NCBI GenBank assembly: GCA_977017645.1
Contig: OZ360245.1
Span: 28,024,001-28,088,000, forward strand
Direction of reading: 5' to 3'
Length of the DNA: 64,000 nt
From: Torpedo marmorata
Lineage: Eukaryota
Below, in pieces: positions 60,822 to 64,000 of this stretch. The translations under genes were made by a program, and so were the position numbers. Under the pieces are notes generated by a model, which had not been told where the DNA came from, did no database searches, and saw only the letters and a program-made list of their open reading frames with translations. The first letter of the stretch is position 1. Every line of letters begins with the position of its first letter.

Positions 60822-62058
60822 CCATCAATTGAATTGAAAGAATGTAATAAAAATACTAGCATTAATTGGTCTGTGTTAACTCTCACTTGTGGCCTCCAGT
60901 TCCATGGTGATGCTGTGAAGAAAAGTGAGGAGATGGAAATAAAATTGAAATAAAATAAACTCTATATTTGGTGTCAAAGTTGGTCATTCATGAGGCCTAG
61001 TTGGCTGCAAAGACAATGTGCACAACCAAAGTGAATCTGAAAATGTATTTTACAAATTAAGCATCAATAAATCACCCCAAATATGCTAAATGATCAGACC
61101 TTCTGATCTCACAAGGTTATCCAATCTGTAATGTTGATAGAAAGTCCAAAACTGAACCCCCACTAAGGTGAGTACGACAGAAAAGTGATGTTTCTATTTT
61201 AGAGGAAGAAACGAGCTACAAATAGACACTTTTGAGTTCCCACCAAACTTGGGAAAACTTAAAAAAATATGTAAGACGTTGAAATAATCATCTAATTGCC
61301 AGCACACAGAGAAAGTTATTTTAAAGCCATTGGCTTATAACAGACCGATTACCTTGCTTCAAAAGCTCATTACTCTGTGTGCCCCATGGCTGATTACAGA
61401 GCATCATGATCCTGGAAGGAATCTTTCAGAATTATTTGAATAATGAAATGTTGTGTGGGTGAGGAAGTGTTTGAATTTAGCATTATTTGAATTTTGAAAG
61501 AATTTATTGCTTCAAATGAAGAGGCAAATTAGCTTACTAACTCATTATCTTCCATTCTCCAATGCTGTTCTCAACGCTAAATTCCCCTGGATTTGCCCTG
61601 TAGCTGTCATGTAAATGCTGCTTCATGCAGGATATTTTGTGTGCATCAACAGACCACTTTAGATTTAATCTACAATTCACTACTCCATGCAATAGATTTA
61701 ATCATCGACCTGTAAAGGCCAACAGCAGCTTTGAAGCAGCCCCTCTAGTGTGTAAAGTTATGGGAACCCTGACTGATCAGTCTTACGCTCTGCAAAAGGG
61801 TGGGCTATTCTCATGGTCTGAACAAATTGTCAAGAATATTCCCATAAAAGAACAGATGTTATGATCTCAGTGATCTTAGTGGCTGTTTGCCAAACCTCAG
61901 TGCCAACAACATCAAGAACTCTGGTATTTGAGTATCTGAGCCACTTTTTGTTAATACAATCGGCCTTATTCCCCTAGTTCTAAAGTTGTAGGGAAAATGC
62001 CAAAGATGACTTTGGAGTAACAAAGAAAAAAACAAGTGATCAAACGACCTAACATTAT

Positions 62059-62513
62059 GTAAAACACAAAAGTCTGCAGACACCGTGATTGAAGTAAAAC
62101 CACAATGCTGGAGGAACTCAGCAAACTCAGCAGGTCAGTGTACTTTTGGGTGGCATTAATATTGACTTCTCCGGTTTCTGCTAGTCTACTCCCCATTCTC
62201 CCTCCCTTCACCATCCCTCTGTCTTCTTTCCTCCAGCTCTCCACCCCCTTCCCTCTCCATTCACAGAGCCATTCCCCCCTCCCCTTGTTTGCTAGAGTAC
62301 CCTCCCTCCCTTATCCACCTATTACCTCCTGCCTGTGGGACTGTGCTCCTCCCCCTGCCCCTCCTCTCCCATCATTTTGTTCAGGCAACTGCCCACATTT
62401 TGCTCACACCTTGATGAAGGGATCAACCCGAAACGTTGGTTATGTATCGTTATCTTTGCTACATAAAGTACACTGTTTGACCTGCTGAGTTTCTCCAGCA
62501 TTGTGTTTTTACT
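62059..62513. mobile_element. Penelope 3' fragment with short inverted pLTR end and tail; hammerhead motif at 62405-62444
   Basis: 12-bp TSD ACCTAACATTAT at 62047-62058 and 62514-62525; GGINIDFSGFC* then pLTR with TTGATGAAGGGATCAACCCGAAACGTT. Confidence 0.88.
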
Positions 62514-62949
62514 ACCTAACATTATCTCCTTTTTTCTCCCCCCAGATGCTGCCTGGCCTGCTGAGTATTTCTGGCATTTTCTATTTTTATTTAACATTTC
62601 CAGCATTTTATTTTTGATTTTTAAAGTGAAAACAACCCAAACGATTTGCAGCATCAGAACATTCACTGGTCTTAGCCATGGATGACATAAAGCAAGCTCA
62701 CCCAACTCTAGTTCTACAAAAGTAGACATGAGCCTGACTATAGATAAACACTACTTATTTAAGGGAAACTGTATAGGCAAAGATAACCCATAACTATAAA
62801 TTAGTTGACAATACTTTTCTGGTTATGTAAGTGGGTATGTAGGTGAAAAGCCTTAATAGTCTCCTGAAGGTCAACTCTGTTTCAAATTCAACAAGGATGT
62901 CAGTGGTACACTGAGCATATATCTTTTATTGGAATATAAAAAGAAACAG

Positions 62950-63160
62950 ATAAGCAGGAGTAGACTACTCATTCACTTGAGTTTGCTTCAGTATTCAGTA
63001 AGATCTCGGCAGCTATTCAACAACCGTGCCTGCGCAATCTCTTTGAGCAGAGAATTCACCACCCCCTGGGTGAAGAAATATCTTCTCATCCCAGTCCTGA
63101 ATGACCAACACCTTGTTTTGAGACTGTAATCTCTACCTCTGGATACCCCACCATCACCAC
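62950..63160 (-). mobile_element. Old CR1 3' fragment
   Basis: FRTGMRRYFFTQGVVNS; tail AGCAGGAGTAG. Confidence 0.7.
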
Positions 63161-63401
63161 AAAATTCCATGCTGATCCTTTCATTTGTATTATAATTGAT
63201 AAACTAAAAGTACTTCATGTTTTTTGTGGGGTATAAGCTTTAGCTGATGTCTAATAAACCAAACCATAGCTTTGGAAGATGTAACAAAAAAGCAGGAAAT
63301 AGGGATTCCTTTGGATTTTATGCGTGTGCATCCAGAGTCATTTGAGAAAATCCCTTGTAAGAGACAGTTAATTAAGGTTGTTCGTTGATTAGATGTTAGT
63401 T

Positions 63402-64000
63402 TCAAGTCAAGTCAAGTCACCTTTATTTGTCATTCATTACCATATACACAGGGTCTTTTGGTCTGAGATGGTACAGTTTCCAAACCAAGCGGCGATGCAA
63501 TTGCTCAGAATACTCTCAATACATCCCCTGTAGAATGTAGTAAGGATGGAGGGTGGAAGATGAACTTTCCTCAGCCTTCGCAGGAAGTAGAGGCGCTGCT
63601 GGGCTTTCTTGGCTATGGAAATGGTGTTGAGGGACCAGGTGAGATTCTCCGCCAAGTGCACTCCAAGAAACTTGGTACTCTTGACGACTTCAACGGTGGA
63701 GCCGTCCATGGTCAATGGAGAGTGATCCCCCGGGCCCTCCTGAAGTCGACAACCAACTCTTTTGTTTTATTAACATTCAAATGCAGGTTGTTGGCTCCGC
63801 ACCAGTCCATTAGCGACTGCACTTCATCTCTGTACGCTGACTCATCGTTCTTGCTGATAAGGCCCACCTCAGTCGTATCATCAGCGAACTTGATGATGTG
63901 ATTCGAGCTGTGCTTTGCTGCACAGTCATGAGTCAGCAGAGTGAACAGCAATGGACTAAGCACACAGCCCTGGGGGGGCACCGTGCTCAGTGTAATGATC
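63402..64000 (-). mobile_element. Rex1/Babar LINE (third subfamily), internally deleted, continuing past the window edge
   Basis: PPQGCVLSP...KFADDT...[13 protein letters not shown]; the (TTGAC)n tail is joined almost directly to the ORF at ~63445. Confidence 0.88.

Noticed and set aside
61353-61411. Minus-strand 59-nt candidate exon (CAG|...AAG|GTAATC)
   Set aside because: Weak polypyrimidine tract, unrecognised peptide and no partner exons found.

Overview
Eukaryotic, repeat-dominated intronic or intergenic DNA. The repeat families point to a cartilaginous fish, probably a ray or skate (inference from HE1/V-type tRNA SINEs with CR1 tails and shark-type CR1, L1, Rex1/Babar and Penelope-like elements). 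I found no convincing host protein-coding gene, rRNA, tRNA or CRISPR. Every long ORF belongs to a retroelement (L1, CR1 or Rex1 ORF2, L1 ORF1, Penelope GIY-YIG). Many insertions can be delimited by target-site duplications (TSDs), which resolves several multi-level nests, four solo LTRs, three hAT MITEs and one Tc1/mariner-type MITE. The main signals are: (1) TSD-flanked Penelope fold-back insertions carrying minimal hammerhead motifs, including one whose loop is exactly the hammerhead core and one with ~295-bp apparently perfect arms; (2) a CpG-rich, hairpin-rich, non-coding ~870-bp retroelement with a Rex1-like tail; (3) SINEs with tandemly amplified 5' heads; (4) a CpG-rich solo LTR with clustered NRF1-like motifs. 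Family names come from recognising motifs by eye, not from database searches.
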